Source of the DNA: a virus
Taxonomy: Duplodnaviria > Caudoviricetes
Virus record (IMG/VR): IMGVR_UViG_3300044448_006448
Span: 1-58,993 of that record
Direction: 5' to 3' (one strand)
DNA length: 58,993 bases
Part shown: piece after piece, positions 9,520 to 20,377 of the stretch
Layout of the letters: each line of letters begins with the position of its first letter
How positions within the stretch are numbered: the first letter of the stretch is position 1
Made by a program: the position numbers and the translations under genes
The notes under the pieces: model-generated
What the model was told of the DNA's origin: nothing
Databases searched by the model: none
What the model saw: only the letters and a program-made list of their open reading frames with translations

Positions 9520-10428
9520 ATGAAAGTTTTAATTACAGGGGGAGCTGGTTTTATAGGTTCCCATTTAGCTGATAAATTTGTTGAAATGGGGTGTCAAGTT
9601 AGTATAATTGATAATTTATCCACAGGCAAATTAGAAAATATAAACCCAGCAGTTTATCATTGGAATGAAGATTTAAATAAAATTCCTATAGAAGATTTAA
9701 TTAATTATTTAAAAGGAGTTAAATATGTTTTTCATTTAGCAGCAAAAACATCAGTTGAAGAATCAATTCAAAATCCCACTTTATATTTAAATCATAACTT
9801 ACATGGAATGACTAAATTACTTTCGGCTTGTGCTAAATCAGGTGTTAAAAGATTTATATTTAGTTCTAGTAGTTCTGTTTATGGAAATGCTTTAATAACC
9901 CCAACAACAGAAAAAAAGAAAAATATATCTCCTTTATCACCTTACGCTTTAAGTAAATTAAATGGTGAAGAATTATGTAAAGTGTATAGTAATGTTTATA
10001 ATTTAGACACTGTATCTCTTCGATACTTTAATGCTTATGGTGAAAGAATGAATGAAGAAGGATCATATAAATTAGTAATTCCTATATTTGCTGAATTAAT
10101 AAAACAAGGTAAACCTTGTACTATAGTTAATGATGGGAAACAAAGAAGAGACTTTGTTTATGTAGAAGATATAGTAAATGCTAATATCAGAGCAGCTACT
10201 AAAAAACGAAAATTAAATGGTAGTGTTTTTAATATAGGAAGTGGAAAAAATTATTCTATAAATGAGTTAGCAGACGCAATGGGTGGTGAAAAAGTTTATG
10301 GTGAAAAAAGAATAGAACCATTTGAAACTTTAGCAGATATTACTAAAGCTGAAATAAATTTAGGTTGGACTCCTAAAACAAGTTTATTAAATTGGTTGGA
10401 GAATGATTATAAAAACAAATCAAAGTAA
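9520..10428 (+). CDS. NAD-dependent nucleotide-sugar epimerase/dehydratase
   Basis: TGGAGFIG, HLAA, SSSSVYG, YALSK and RYFNAYG motifs. Confidence 0.93.
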   Translation: MKVLITGGAGFIGSHLADKFVEMGCQVSIIDNLSTGKLENINPAVYHWNEDLNKIPIEDLINYLKGVKYVFHLAAKTSVEESIQNPTLYLNHNLHGMTKLLSACAKSGVKRFIFSSSSSVYGNALITPTTEKKKNISPLSPYALSKLNGEELCKVYSNVYNLDTVSLRYFNAYGERMNEEGSYKLVIPIFAELIKQGKPCTIVNDGKQRRDFVYVEDIVNANIRAATKKRKLNGSVFNIGSGKNYSINELADAMGGEKVYGEKRIEPFETLADITKAEINLGWTPKTSLLNWLENDYKNKSK

Positions 10429-10621
10429 TAAAGAATATCAATATTCAAAGTATAAATCCGGTGATGTACTAGAAGTTATAAATGAATATAATAGTCATTA
10501 TATATGCAGATTTATGTCAGGCAGTAATGCAGATAGCATATGTGCGGTACATAAAAATGATTGTGAAGAAGTTCATTTAGGCCGTTATGATACTAATGAT
10601 AAAATATATATGAAAACATGA
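10403..10621 (+). CDS. Hypothetical protein
   Basis: 72-aa ORF overlapping both neighbours. Confidence 0.55.
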   Translation: MIIKTNQSNKEYQYSKYKSGDVLEVINEYNSHYICRFMSGSNADSICAVHKNDCEEVHLGRYDTNDKIYMKT

Positions 10622-11247
10622 AAATAAGTTACGCAATAACAGTATGCAATGAGCATAAAGAAATAGAAAAATTATTAACATTTTTATTTGAACATAAACG
10701 AGAAAAAGATCAAGTTGTAGTTCAAGTAGATAAAGAAAATGGAACAGAAGAAGTTATTAATATATGTGAAAGATTTGAAAATAAACCTTTAGATGAATAT
10801 AAATTACATGAACATTCATTAAATAAAAATTTTGCATCATATAAAAACAATCTAAATGCACAATGTGATGGGGATTGGATATTTCAAATAGATGCAGATG
10901 AAATACCAAATGAATATTTAATAGAAGCATTGCCTTTTATTTTAGAAGCAAATTCTGACATAGAAGCTTATTGGATCCCCAGAGTAAACACAGTAGCGGG
11001 CATTACAGATGAACATATTGCTAAATGGGGTTGGAAATTAAATGAAGATGGATGGGTAAATTTTCCTGATTGGCAAATGAGACTTTATAGAAATAAAGAA
11101 GAAATATATTGGATAAAACCAGTACATGAACAGTTAAAAGGCTATACTAGATTTGCTAATTTACCAGCAGAAGAAAAATTTGCATTATATCATCCAAAAG
11201 ATATAGGAAGACAAGAAAAGCAAAATGCATTTTATGAAACTATATGA
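10618..11247 (+). CDS. Glycosyltransferase family 2
   Basis: ISYAITVCNE, WIFQIDADE (DxD) and PVHE motifs. Confidence 0.9.
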   Translation: MKISYAITVCNEHKEIEKLLTFLFEHKREKDQVVVQVDKENGTEEVINICERFENKPLDEYKLHEHSLNKNFASYKNNLNAQCDGDWIFQIDADEIPNEYLIEALPFILEANSDIEAYWIPRVNTVAGITDEHIAKWGWKLNEDGWVNFPDWQMRLYRNKEEIYWIKPVHEQLKGYTRFANLPAEEKFALYHPKDIGRQEKQNAFYETI

Positions 11248-12080
11248 TAGATTTAAAAAGAATACAAGAATATAGAATTTCAGTTTTAAATTATTTAAAA
11301 CAAACAAATAATCATTATGGAACTGATGAAATTAATTTAGAAGTTAACTCACAAAAAATTAATTATCATAGATGGTTACATCCATGGCAGGGTAATTGGG
11401 AATTAGAATGTTTGTTTAATGAAAAAGAATTAAATAATACATCTAAATTAATTAAACCTAACTCAGTAGTATTAGACATTGGGGCACAAACTGGAAATAT
11501 GGCAGTAGCTTATAGTTTATTTGCTAAAAAAGTAATTGCATTTGAACCTAATCCTGCTACATTTGAAGTACTAGAAAAAAATTCAGAGTTAAATACTAAC
11601 ATTATTCCTTACAACTTAGCATGTTCAGATAAAGTAGATGATTTAACATTTCATTACTCAGATCCTGGATTATGTAATGGGGGATATGCATCAGTATTAG
11701 ATAGAGGAATTGGTGTAACAGGACATACATTACCTTTAGATGTTTGTGCTGTAAATATTAATGATTTTATTAAAAAATATCATTCAAGTGATATGGGTAA
11801 TATTAGTTTTATTAAAATAGATGCTGAAGGACATGATAAAGAAATTCTTCCAACACTTAAAGAGATAATAAATATAAATAAACCAATAATCCAAACAGAA
11901 ATATATGATGGATTATTACCAGAAGAAACAGATCAATTGTTAAAAGTTATTAAGGATTTAGGATATAAAGCTTATGATATGAATGCTTGTAATAATGATA
12001 TAGATAATATTAAAAATGAAATTGAATTTCATCTTAATATAGCACCTGGTTCAGGTCATAATTTAATTTGCTTACCATGA
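11244..12080 (+). CDS. FkbM-family methyltransferase
   Basis: VLDIGAQTG, AFEPN and FIKIDAEG motifs. Confidence 0.9.
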   Translation: MIDLKRIQEYRISVLNYLKQTNNHYGTDEINLEVNSQKINYHRWLHPWQGNWELECLFNEKELNNTSKLIKPNSVVLDIGAQTGNMAVAYSLFAKKVIAFEPNPATFEVLEKNSELNTNIIPYNLACSDKVDDLTFHYSDPGLCNGGYASVLDRGIGVTGHTLPLDVCAVNINDFIKKYHSSDMGNISFIKIDAEGHDKEILPTLKEIININKPIIQTEIYDGLLPEETDQLLKVIKDLGYKAYDMNACNNDIDNIKNEIEFHLNIAPGSGHNLICLP

Positions 12081-12820
12081 TACCTAATATAGTTCATTTT
12101 GTTTATATAAATGAAAGGCCTTGGAAGTTACATCATTATTTATCTGTAAAAAGTACCTCTAGATTAAACCCAGAATTAGTAAATATATGGTTAGATAAAG
12201 AACCTGAGGGTGAATGGTGGGAGCTTACAAAACCTTTAGTTAAATTAAATTTTGTTGAACCCCCAACTGAAATTTTTAATATTCCTATTACTCAACCTGC
12301 TCATAAAAGTGATGTTATTAGACTACAAGTATTAATTGAGCATGGAGGAATATATGTTGATACTGATACTATTTTTGTCAAACCTTTTGACTCAATTTTA
12401 AATAATAAGTTTGTAATGGGTCAACAGGGAGTAAATGGGGGTGAAGGACTATGCCCCGCAGTTTTACTATCATCAAAAAACTCAGAATTTGGAAAAAGAT
12501 GGTTAATGGGGTTTAAAGATACATTTAAAGGAGGCCCTCCAGGTAGTCCTACTTGGTGTACTCATTCAGTACAATATCCTTGGTGGCTAGCCCAACAAAT
12601 ACCTAATGAAATAACAATTTTAGATCATGAAGCATTTTTCTGGCCCTTATATCATCAACCGCATGTTGAAATGATATTTGAACAAAACCATACATTTAAT
12701 AATGCTTATTCTCATCATTTATGGGAAAGTAGTGGGAAAAAATATTTAGATAATTTAACTTTAGAAGATATAAAAAATAATAATACTACCTTTACTAATA
12801 TAGTAAAAGATTTAATATGA
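12068..12820 (+). CDS. DXD glycosyltransferase (GT32/OCH1-like); likely start ATG 12077
   Basis: IPNIVHFV, HKSDVIRL, GGIYVDTD and HHLW motifs. Confidence 0.88.
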   Translation: MLTMIPNIVHFVYINERPWKLHHYLSVKSTSRLNPELVNIWLDKEPEGEWWELTKPLVKLNFVEPPTEIFNIPITQPAHKSDVIRLQVLIEHGGIYVDTDTIFVKPFDSILNNKFVMGQQGVNGGEGLCPAVLLSSKNSEFGKRWLMGFKDTFKGGPPGSPTWCTHSVQYPWWLAQQIPNEITILDHEAFFWPLYHQPHVEMIFEQNHTFNNAYSHHLWESSGKKYLDNLTLEDIKNNNTTFTNIVKDLI

Positions 12821-13455
12821 ATAAACAACAAAAAATAGATATTCTCAAAAGTACAATACAATGGAAACCAGATATTCATCTAGCTCTAGAAAAATTAGAA
12901 TGTAAATATGGTATTGAGGTAGGAGTGTTTGTAGGTAAAGGTTTAAAAAATTTTCTAAAAAATCCTTTTTTTAAAGAAGGTAAATTTTATGGAGTTGACA
13001 TTTATAGAGAAATAAAAGATAAACCTGAGATAAATGATATGAATTGGCCCCAAGCTCAATTAGATGTATTTTATATAGATAGATTAAAAACATATTTATT
13101 TGATCCTAATGTAGATATTATAAGAGGTTTTTCTAAAGAATCATCAACATTATTCCCAGATAATTACTTTGATTTTATTTATTTAGATGCAGCTCATGAT
13201 TATGATTCAGTTTTAGAAGATTTAAATTGTTGGTGGCCTAAATTAAAAGAAGGTGGACTAATGTCCGGACATGATTATTTCCCAGATAAAAGAATATGGA
13301 GAGGAAAAGAAGTTGGTGTTTTTCAAGCAGTTAAAACTTTTGTAGAAAAAAATAATATTAAAGTTGATAAAAATTTAGGTTGTCACCACATGACTAATAT
13401 GGAAAAAGAAGGTGGTTTGGGAAAGGCATGTCCTAGTTTTTTTATAATAAAATAA
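12817..13455 (+). CDS. Class I SAM methyltransferase (Methyltransf_24-like)
   Basis: GIEVGVFVG, FDFIYLDAAHDY and GGLMSGHDY motifs. Confidence 0.88.
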   Translation: MNKQQKIDILKSTIQWKPDIHLALEKLECKYGIEVGVFVGKGLKNFLKNPFFKEGKFYGVDIYREIKDKPEINDMNWPQAQLDVFYIDRLKTYLFDPNVDIIRGFSKESSTLFPDNYFDFIYLDAAHDYDSVLEDLNCWWPKLKEGGLMSGHDYFPDKRIWRGKEVGVFQAVKTFVEKNNIKVDKNLGCHHMTNMEKEGGLGKACPSFFIIK

Positions 13456-13461
13456 ATAAAT

Positions 13462-14595
13462 ATGAATGTAGTAGTTTTTGCATCTGATGCTAAAGGTTTA
13501 AGTAGTTTAAATAGTTTAATAATAGAATTAGGCAAAAATTCAAACATAAAATACTATGCATTAGTATGCCCTTCCACAGAATTAAAAGATCCTAAAATAG
13601 ATAGAGGATCTTATAAAGAATTTACAAATGTAAAAGAAAGTGAAAATGTTTGGTGTGAACATCTTAATACCCATTTACCTTTTATTCCTGATTGGCTTAT
13701 TATTAATAGAGAAAAATGGCCTCCTGAGGCATTTGTAATGCAAGAATTTAAGCAAAAGTGGAATTCAAAAGTAGGTGTTGTAGAACCTAATGGACAGTTA
13801 TTAAATAGTATAGAATCAATTCTAGAAACCCATTCTAGAAATAGATTTGTTCCTTTTATTGATGTTTTTTTTGACCATAGTGTTCATATTAGTTATCAAA
13901 GAAATCTTGTTGGGTTTAAAGGAAAGAGTATTGTAGTTGGTAATCCTAAATATGATATAAATTTAACACCAAACACTCAATCAATAGACTTTTGCAAACA
14001 ATTTTATAAAATAGATCCAAACAAAAAACAAGTTTTATTATTTTCTTTACAAAATACAAATAGAAATGCAATTTATAATGAATATGAAAAATATATAAAA
14101 GAAAATCCCAATTACCAATATTTTATAAAACCATATCCAGGTGAACCTTTTTCAGATAAATTTAAAAAAGATTACTTTCCAGAATTCAAAATTAAAGGTG
14201 TTACTCCTATATTAGAAGAATCTCACATATGGCCTATGTTTAATATATGTGATATTCATGTAGGATGTATTATGTCTATACTACATGCTTCTTTATTATT
14301 AAAAAAAGAAATAGTTGATTTAAGTAAAAAAATAGATTTACCAAATAAATATATAGATGTTAATAGAATAATGAATTCTACAAATATTGGAATAGAAGAT
14401 TCTAAAGAATTATGGATGAGATCTTTTGGCAAATCAGAAGAAGAATTAATGGAATTATTTCCTGATAAACTGTTAGAATATGTAAAAAGAATGAATAACA
14501 AAGTTTGGAATCATAGAGGATATTTATTATCTTTATTTGATGACTTTAATGATGGAAAGGCGGCAGAAAGAATAGTAAAACATTTAATCCAATAA
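13462..14595 (+). CDS. GT-B fold protein (UDP-GlcNAc 2-epimerase/NeuC-like or TagF-like)
   Basis: VVGNPKYD, IKPYPGE and C-terminal DGKAAERIV motifs. Confidence 0.6.
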   Translation: MNVVVFASDAKGLSSLNSLIIELGKNSNIKYYALVCPSTELKDPKIDRGSYKEFTNVKESENVWCEHLNTHLPFIPDWLIINREKWPPEAFVMQEFKQKWNSKVGVVEPNGQLLNSIESILETHSRNRFVPFIDVFFDHSVHISYQRNLVGFKGKSIVVGNPKYDINLTPNTQSIDFCKQFYKIDPNKKQVLLFSLQNTNRNAIYNEYEKYIKENPNYQYFIKPYPGEPFSDKFKKDYFPEFKIKGVTPILEESHIWPMFNICDIHVGCIMSILHASLLLKKEIVDLSKKIDLPNKYIDVNRIMNSTNIGIEDSKELWMRSFGKSEEELMELFPDKLLEYVKRMNNKVWNHRGYLLSLFDDFNDGKAAERIVKHLIQ

Positions 14596-14888
14596 TGAAA
14601 ATATTTGTAGACATAGACGAAACTATTTGTAAATATGAAGATGTAAGAGAATACCCTTTGGCAATTCCAATACAAGAAAATATAGACAAAATAAATAGAT
14701 TATATGATGAAGGAAATGAAATCATATATTATACAGCAAGAGGATCAGTTACTGGATTAGATTGGTTTGATTTAACAAAAGAACAATTAGCCACTTGGGA
14801 ATGTAAATATCATCATTTAAGTGTAGGAGAAAAACCACATTATGATTTATTAATTTGTGATAAAACAAAAAGGATAGAAGAAATATGA
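14595..14888 (+). CDS. HAD-superfamily phosphatase (capsule-biosynthesis type)
   Basis: FVDIDETIC, YTARG and KP..D.L.CDK motifs. Confidence 0.85.
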   Translation: MKIFVDIDETICKYEDVREYPLAIPIQENIDKINRLYDEGNEIIYYTARGSVTGLDWFDLTKEQLATWECKYHHLSVGEKPHYDLLICDKTKRIEEI

Positions 14889-15724
14889 AACGAACTTATA
14901 TAATAGCAGAAATTGGAATTAACCATAATGGAGATTTAGATATAGCTAAAAAATTAATTGATGTAGCAGCCCTATCTGGATGTGATGCAGTGAAATTCCA
15001 AAAGCGCAACCCCGATGTTTGTGTTCCTGAACATCAAAAAAATATTATGCGTGATACTCCTTGGGGTAAAATGACTTATTTAGATTATAAGTATAAAGTA
15101 GAATTTGGTAAAGAAGAATATGACGAAATTGATCGTTATTGTAAAGAAAGAGGAATAGCATGGTCAGCTTCACCTTGGGACTTAGATTCATTAACTTTTT
15201 TAGAACATTACTATGATCTTCCATTTATTAAAGTACCATCAGCAATGTTAACAAATTCTGAGTTAATTGAAGCATGTAAAAAAACAAATAAAAAAGTTAT
15301 TTTAAGTACAGGGATGAGCACATTAGAAGAAATAACAAACGCAGTATCTATATTAGAAGGACACGATAGAAAGCATCTATATGCGTTATTACATTGCAAC
15401 TCAACATACCCTGCCCCATTGAATGAATTAAATTTATCCGCTATTAAAACATTACATAACACATTTAATTGTGAGGTAGGATACTCAGGACATGAATTTA
15501 GATTAGGGACTTCTGTTGCAGCAGTTTATTTAGGAGCAACAATTATAGAAAGACACATTACATTAGATAGAACAATGTGGGGCACAGATCAATTATCATC
15601 TATTGAACCCCAAGGTTTAATTAAATTAGTAAAAGGTATTAGAGAATTAGAATTAGCATTAGGAGATGGAACAATTGAAGTAACTGAATCTGAAATGCCC
15701 ATAAGAAAAAAATTAAGAGGATGA
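14885..15724 (+). CDS. neuB: NeuB-family nonulosonate synthase 1 (no C-terminal SAF domain)
   Basis: IIAEIGINHNG, AVKFQ, HCNSTYP, GYSGHE and IIERHITLD motifs. Confidence 0.92.
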   Translation: MKRTYIIAEIGINHNGDLDIAKKLIDVAALSGCDAVKFQKRNPDVCVPEHQKNIMRDTPWGKMTYLDYKYKVEFGKEEYDEIDRYCKERGIAWSASPWDLDSLTFLEHYYDLPFIKVPSAMLTNSELIEACKKTNKKVILSTGMSTLEEITNAVSILEGHDRKHLYALLHCNSTYPAPLNELNLSAIKTLHNTFNCEVGYSGHEFRLGTSVAAVYLGATIIERHITLDRTMWGTDQLSSIEPQGLIKLVKGIRELELALGDGTIEVTESEMPIRKKLRG

Positions 15725-16719
15725 AAAAAGAATTAGGTCAATATTTTAAACTTACAAGAAAAACAATTTTAATTACAGGTGGAACAGGTTCATTAGGCCA
15801 AGCTCTTATAAAAACCCTAATTAGATCAAATTGTAAAATTATAATATATAGTAGAGATGAAGGAAAACAAGCTTTAATATTTGGTAATAATCCTGATATT
15901 ATTAGAGTTATTGGTGATATTAGAGATTATGACAAATTTAATGTAACATTAAAACGTCATAACCCTGATTATATAATTCACACAGCAGCTCTTAAGCGTA
16001 TTGATGATATGGAAATCCACCCAGATGAATGTGTAAAAACAAATATACAAGGATCTGAAAATGTAGCTAGAGCAGCATTAGAAAATAACATTAAAAAGTG
16101 TATATTAGTGTCTACAGATAAAGCATGTCAACCTGTTAATGTTTATGGCTCTAGTAAATTTATTGCTGAAAGAATATTTACTAATTATGATTTTAATTCA
16201 AACTCAACAATATTTTCTTCAGTTAGATATGGTAATGTTTTAGCTTCTAGAGGTTCATTTATTCCTATTTGGATGGAGATGGTAGAAAATGGAGAAACAA
16301 TTAATGTTACTTCTGAAGAAATGACTCGATTTTTATTTACTTTAGATGATGCTGTTATGACTGTTTTAAATTCTCTTGCAAATTCAGTAGGGGGAGAAGT
16401 ATTTGTTCCTCAAATTGATTCATATACTTTACCCTCATGTATAAAAGCTTTAGAAATTATAATGGGTAGGAGTATTAAAACTAATTTAATAGGACTTAGA
16501 CCGGGTGAAAAATTACATGAGGACATGTTAGCAAAAACAGAATTACCTTATACCTTTAAAGTCCCAGACATAAATTTATTACAAATTAGACCACAATATT
16601 CTAATAAAAAATATCAATTTTGGAAAAGATATGATGGTCCTGAATTTAATTCTGCATTACATGTAAGTAATGATTATAATAAATTAAGTACTTTAATTAA
16701 AGAAGGTTTAAAATGTTAA
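15721..16719 (+). CDS. pseB: UDP-GlcNAc 4,6-dehydratase (PseB/FlaA1-like)
   Basis: TGGTGSLG, YSRDEGKQ, HTAALK, STDKA.P.N.YG.SK, RYGNV..SRGS and GLRPGEKLHE motifs. Confidence 0.88.
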   Translation: MKKELGQYFKLTRKTILITGGTGSLGQALIKTLIRSNCKIIIYSRDEGKQALIFGNNPDIIRVIGDIRDYDKFNVTLKRHNPDYIIHTAALKRIDDMEIHPDECVKTNIQGSENVARAALENNIKKCILVSTDKACQPVNVYGSSKFIAERIFTNYDFNSNSTIFSSVRYGNVLASRGSFIPIWMEMVENGETINVTSEEMTRFLFTLDDAVMTVLNSLANSVGGEVFVPQIDSYTLPSCIKALEIIMGRSIKTNLIGLRPGEKLHEDMLAKTELPYTFKVPDINLLQIRPQYSNKKYQFWKRYDGPEFNSALHVSNDYNKLSTLIKEGLKC

Positions 16720-16720
16720 T

Positions 16721-17686
16721 ATGAGAGTATTTGAAACTAAATTTAAATATGATGAATTAGAAAATATAATCGAAGTTATAAAAAATGGAGAACTTGGGTT
16801 TGGGAAAAATGTAAAAAGTTTTGAAACTATATTTTCATTTTTTTCTAAAAAAGATTACAACACAGCTACAAATTCAGCTAGTGCAGCTGCTTTTATGATA
16901 TTTGCTTATTTAAAAGAAATATATGGTGTATGTGATGTTTATACTCCTTCATTAGCATTTACTTCACCTGCTTGGGCCGCTAAACACTTTGGTCACAATC
17001 TTATATTTGTAGAAGTTAACAAAAATTTATTATTTGATTGTGAGCATTATTTTAATGTTAGAAAAAATAATAAAAGAAAAAAAGTTCTAATGCCTATTTT
17101 ATATGGAGGGGTTAGTACAATAGATAATTGGGAAATAGTTGGGGATGAAATAATAGTAGTAGATTCTGCTCATTGTGTTACTCCTACAATTGAATCTCAT
17201 TTTACATTTTTTTCATTTCATCCTTATAAACCTATTTGTTCTAGTGATGGGGGAATGATTTCAACAAATTTAAAAGTAGCAGATGATTATTTTAGATCTT
17301 ATAGAAATTTTGGAAGAATTAATACTGGAGATTCTTATAACATAAATCAAGAAGGTTTTAAATTTTATATGAATAATTTAAATGCTACTATAGCGTTAGA
17401 AAGTATAAAAAAATATTATAATAATTTAGACATTAGAAAAGAAACTTATCTGGATATGGGATATGCAGGACTCAGTGATTTATTACCTCATGATGAAAAT
17501 TCATCTTATTACTTTGCAACCCGAATAAAAGAAGAAGGAGCAAATAAATTTAATAAAGACTCAGGTTTGCAAAGACATTATCCTTTATTACATTTAACTA
17601 AATATTATAAAGATGGTAGTAAATTACCCTTTACAGAAAAAATACACAACAAAATAATAAATTTACCTTTATGGGCACATTTGTAA
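16721..17686 (+). CDS. DegT/DnrJ PLP-dependent sugar aminotransferase (PseC-like)
   Basis: VDSAH and FSFHPYKP..DGG (PLP lysine); follows pseB. Confidence 0.88.
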   Translation: MRVFETKFKYDELENIIEVIKNGELGFGKNVKSFETIFSFFSKKDYNTATNSASAAAFMIFAYLKEIYGVCDVYTPSLAFTSPAWAAKHFGHNLIFVEVNKNLLFDCEHYFNVRKNNKRKKVLMPILYGGVSTIDNWEIVGDEIIVVDSAHCVTPTIESHFTFFSFHPYKPICSSDGGMISTNLKVADDYFRSYRNFGRINTGDSYNINQEGFKFYMNNLNATIALESIKKYYNNLDIRKETYLDMGYAGLSDLLPHDENSSYYFATRIKEEGANKFNKDSGLQRHYPLLHLTKYYKDGSKLPFTEKIHNKIINLPLWAHL

Positions 17687-18648
17687 TAGCAGAAGCAGGA
17701 GCTAATCACAATAGAGATTTTAGTCAAGCATTAAAGTTAATAGATGTAGCTAAAAAATCAGGGGCAGATGCAGTAAAATTTCAAACATATTCATCAGAAA
17801 CTTTATATAGTAAAAACACCCCTGACTTTGCAGGTCATACTAATATACCAGAATTAATTAAGAGTATTCAAATGCCAAGAAAATGGCAAAAATCACTAAA
17901 ATATTATTGTGATGAAAAAAATATAGAATTTATGTCAACTCCATTTGATGAAAAAGCAGTTGATGAATTAGTTAGTTTAGGAGTTAAGAGATTAAAAATA
18001 GCAGGATTTGAATCTACAGATGTAAGATTTTTGGATATGGTAGCTTCAACTAAATTACCATTAATAGTATCAGCAGGAATTGGTTGTAGTTTAGATTTTA
18101 TATTTAAAATAAAAGAAATTTGTGATAATAGAGGTTGTACTGATTTAACTATTTTACATTGTAATAATGCTTATCCTACTCCACAAGAAGATATAAATTT
18201 AACTACAATTAAAGACATTAAAGCATATTACCCATCTTTAAAAGTAGGATTATCAGACCACACGATGAATACATTAACTCCTTCATTAGCAGTTGCATTA
18301 GGAGCTAAAGTAATTGAAAAACATTTTACAATATCAAGAAATCTACCAGGACCTGATCATCCATTTGCTTTAGAACCCGAAGAATTAGAAGAAATGGTTA
18401 AGAATATTCGTTTAACTGAAGTATCTTTAGGTAGAAAAAAAGAACAATATACTAATTCTGAATTAAAAGAAGTAAAAGCTAGAAGATCAATTGTAGCTAA
18501 AACAAATATTAAAAAGGGAGATATATTAACTGTAGATAATATAACAACTAAAAGACCATATTTAGAAGGCAATATAGCAGCTTCAAAATGGAATGATATA
18601 ATAGGCACAAAATCTAACTCAGATTATAAACCAGATGATTTTATATGA
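17671..18648 (+). CDS. NeuB-family synthase 2 (PseI/LegI-like, with SAF domain)
   Basis: IAEAGANHN, AVKFQTY, STPFD, GLSDHT, IEKHFT and RRSIVA...KRP motifs. Confidence 0.92.
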   Translation: MGTFVIAEAGANHNRDFSQALKLIDVAKKSGADAVKFQTYSSETLYSKNTPDFAGHTNIPELIKSIQMPRKWQKSLKYYCDEKNIEFMSTPFDEKAVDELVSLGVKRLKIAGFESTDVRFLDMVASTKLPLIVSAGIGCSLDFIFKIKEICDNRGCTDLTILHCNNAYPTPQEDINLTTIKDIKAYYPSLKVGLSDHTMNTLTPSLAVALGAKVIEKHFTISRNLPGPDHPFALEPEELEEMVKNIRLTEVSLGRKKEQYTNSELKEVKARRSIVAKTNIKKGDILTVDNITTKRPYLEGNIAASKWNDIIGTKSNSDYKPDDFI

Positions 18649-19865
18649 ATATATTAATTACATCCAGTAGTAGTAAAGTATTATTAGTTAAACAATTTAA
18701 AAAAGTAGCTAGTAATTATCCTGATATTTTAATTTATAGTGGGGATACTGATAAAGACTCAATAGCAGGAAAATTTTCAGATAAACATATAACTATGCCT
18801 AAAGATAATGATCCTGAATTTATATATAAGATAGTAAAGATATGTTATGAAAATAAAGTTGAAGTAATTATTCCTACACGAGACGAAGAACTTAAAATAT
18901 ATGCTTCAAATATAGAATTATTAAATAAATGGAATATACAACCAATATTATCTTCTCTTGAGTCAATAGAAACTTGTCAAAATAAAGAAAAATTTTTTAA
19001 ATTTTGTGAAAATAATAATATTGATACTCCTAAAACCTATTGGGATGTTAGTAATATAAAATATCCTGCTTTTGCAAAACCCATATTTGGTAAAGCTAGT
19101 AAAGGAGTATTTAAAGTTAATTTAAAAACAGAATTACCTAATTTAAAAGAAAATATAATCCAAGAATATATAAATTGGAGAGAATACACAGTAGATTTAT
19201 TTTCAGATTTTGATGGAAATGTAATATCAGTTGTCCCTAGAAAAAGAATAAAGATAGTTGATGGAGAATCTCATATAGGAGAGACTGAAAATAATGAATT
19301 TATTATAAAAAAATCAATTGATCTTGCTAAAAAATTAAATTTAATTGGGCATAATGTTATTCAATGTTTTTATAAAAAAGGTAAAGTAAAATTTATTGAA
19401 GTTAACCCTAGATTTGGGGGTGCGTCTAATTTAGGTTTTGAAAGTGGAGCTGATACTCCTGATTATCTAATTAAATTATTAAAAGGAGAAGTATTAGAAC
19501 CAAAGATAGGTAATTTTACAGATAAATTAAAAATGTATAGACATACAACAGATGTTTTTGAAAATGATTCTCCAACAAATAAAATTTTTTGTATTGATAT
19601 AGATGGAACTTTATGCACAGAAAATACTTCATATGAAGATGCTCAACCTATTAAAAAAGTAATAAAGAAAATAAATAGTTTATATAAAAATAATACAATA
19701 ATTTTATTTACAGCTAGAGGGGCTGCTAGTGGGTATGATTGGAAACCTTTAACAGAAAAACAATTAAAAAAGTGGAAAGTAAAATATCATAATTTAATTA
19801 TGGGTAAACCATATGCAGATTATTATATAGATAATAAAGCAATAAATGTTTTAAATTGGATTTAA
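18645..19865 (+). CDS. ATP-grasp protein fused to a C-terminal HAD phosphatase
   Basis: KP..G.ASKG, IIQEY, EYTVD and IEVNPRFGG, then IDIDGTLC, FTARG and GKP.AD.YIDNK. Confidence 0.85.
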   Translation: MNILITSSSSKVLLVKQFKKVASNYPDILIYSGDTDKDSIAGKFSDKHITMPKDNDPEFIYKIVKICYENKVEVIIPTRDEELKIYASNIELLNKWNIQPILSSLESIETCQNKEKFFKFCENNNIDTPKTYWDVSNIKYPAFAKPIFGKASKGVFKVNLKTELPNLKENIIQEYINWREYTVDLFSDFDGNVISVVPRKRIKIVDGESHIGETENNEFIIKKSIDLAKKLNLIGHNVIQCFYKKGKVKFIEVNPRFGGASNLGFESGADTPDYLIKLLKGEVLEPKIGNFTDKLKMYRHTTDVFENDSPTNKIFCIDIDGTLCTENTSYEDAQPIKKVIKKINSLYKNNTIILFTARGAASGYDWKPLTEKQLKKWKVKYHNLIMGKPYADYYIDNKAINVLNWI

Positions 19866-20377
19866 TGAAATATAAATTAAGAACTATAGAAAATAATGAT
19901 TTAGAGGCAATTAGAAAAATGCGTAATGCCCAAACAAAAATACTACGGCAAGTAAAACCTATATCATATAATGAACAGCAAGAATATTTTTCTAAAATTC
20001 ATAAAGATAATAGTCAAATTTTATTTGCAATTGAAGATGAAGTAGAAGAGATGATAGGGTATTGTGGGTTAGTAAATATAAATTACGTATATTCCACAGC
20101 AGAAATATCATTTATAACTATTAAAAGTGAATGTAATGTAGAATATTCAAAAATATTTTTATTTATATTAAATAGTTTATCTGATTTTGCGTTTAATAGT
20201 TTAGGATTAAATAAAATATGGACTGAAACATATGGATTTAGAACTAATCATATATCTATTTTAGAACAGTTTGGAATGATTAAAGAGGGAGTACTTAGAG
20301 AACATGTTTTTAAAGATGGGGAAAGACATAATAGTATAATACATTCAAAATTAAAAAATGAACACTTACAGAAATAA
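19856..20377 (+). CDS. GNAT N-acetyltransferase (RimJ/RimL, PseH-like)
   Basis: IGYCGL, AEIS, AF..LGLNKI and GM.KEG.LREH motifs. Confidence 0.85.
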   Translation: MDLMKYKLRTIENNDLEAIRKMRNAQTKILRQVKPISYNEQQEYFSKIHKDNSQILFAIEDEVEEMIGYCGLVNINYVYSTAEISFITIKSECNVEYSKIFLFILNSLSDFAFNSLGLNKIWTETYGFRTNHISILEQFGMIKEGVLREHVFKDGERHNSIIHSKLKNEHLQK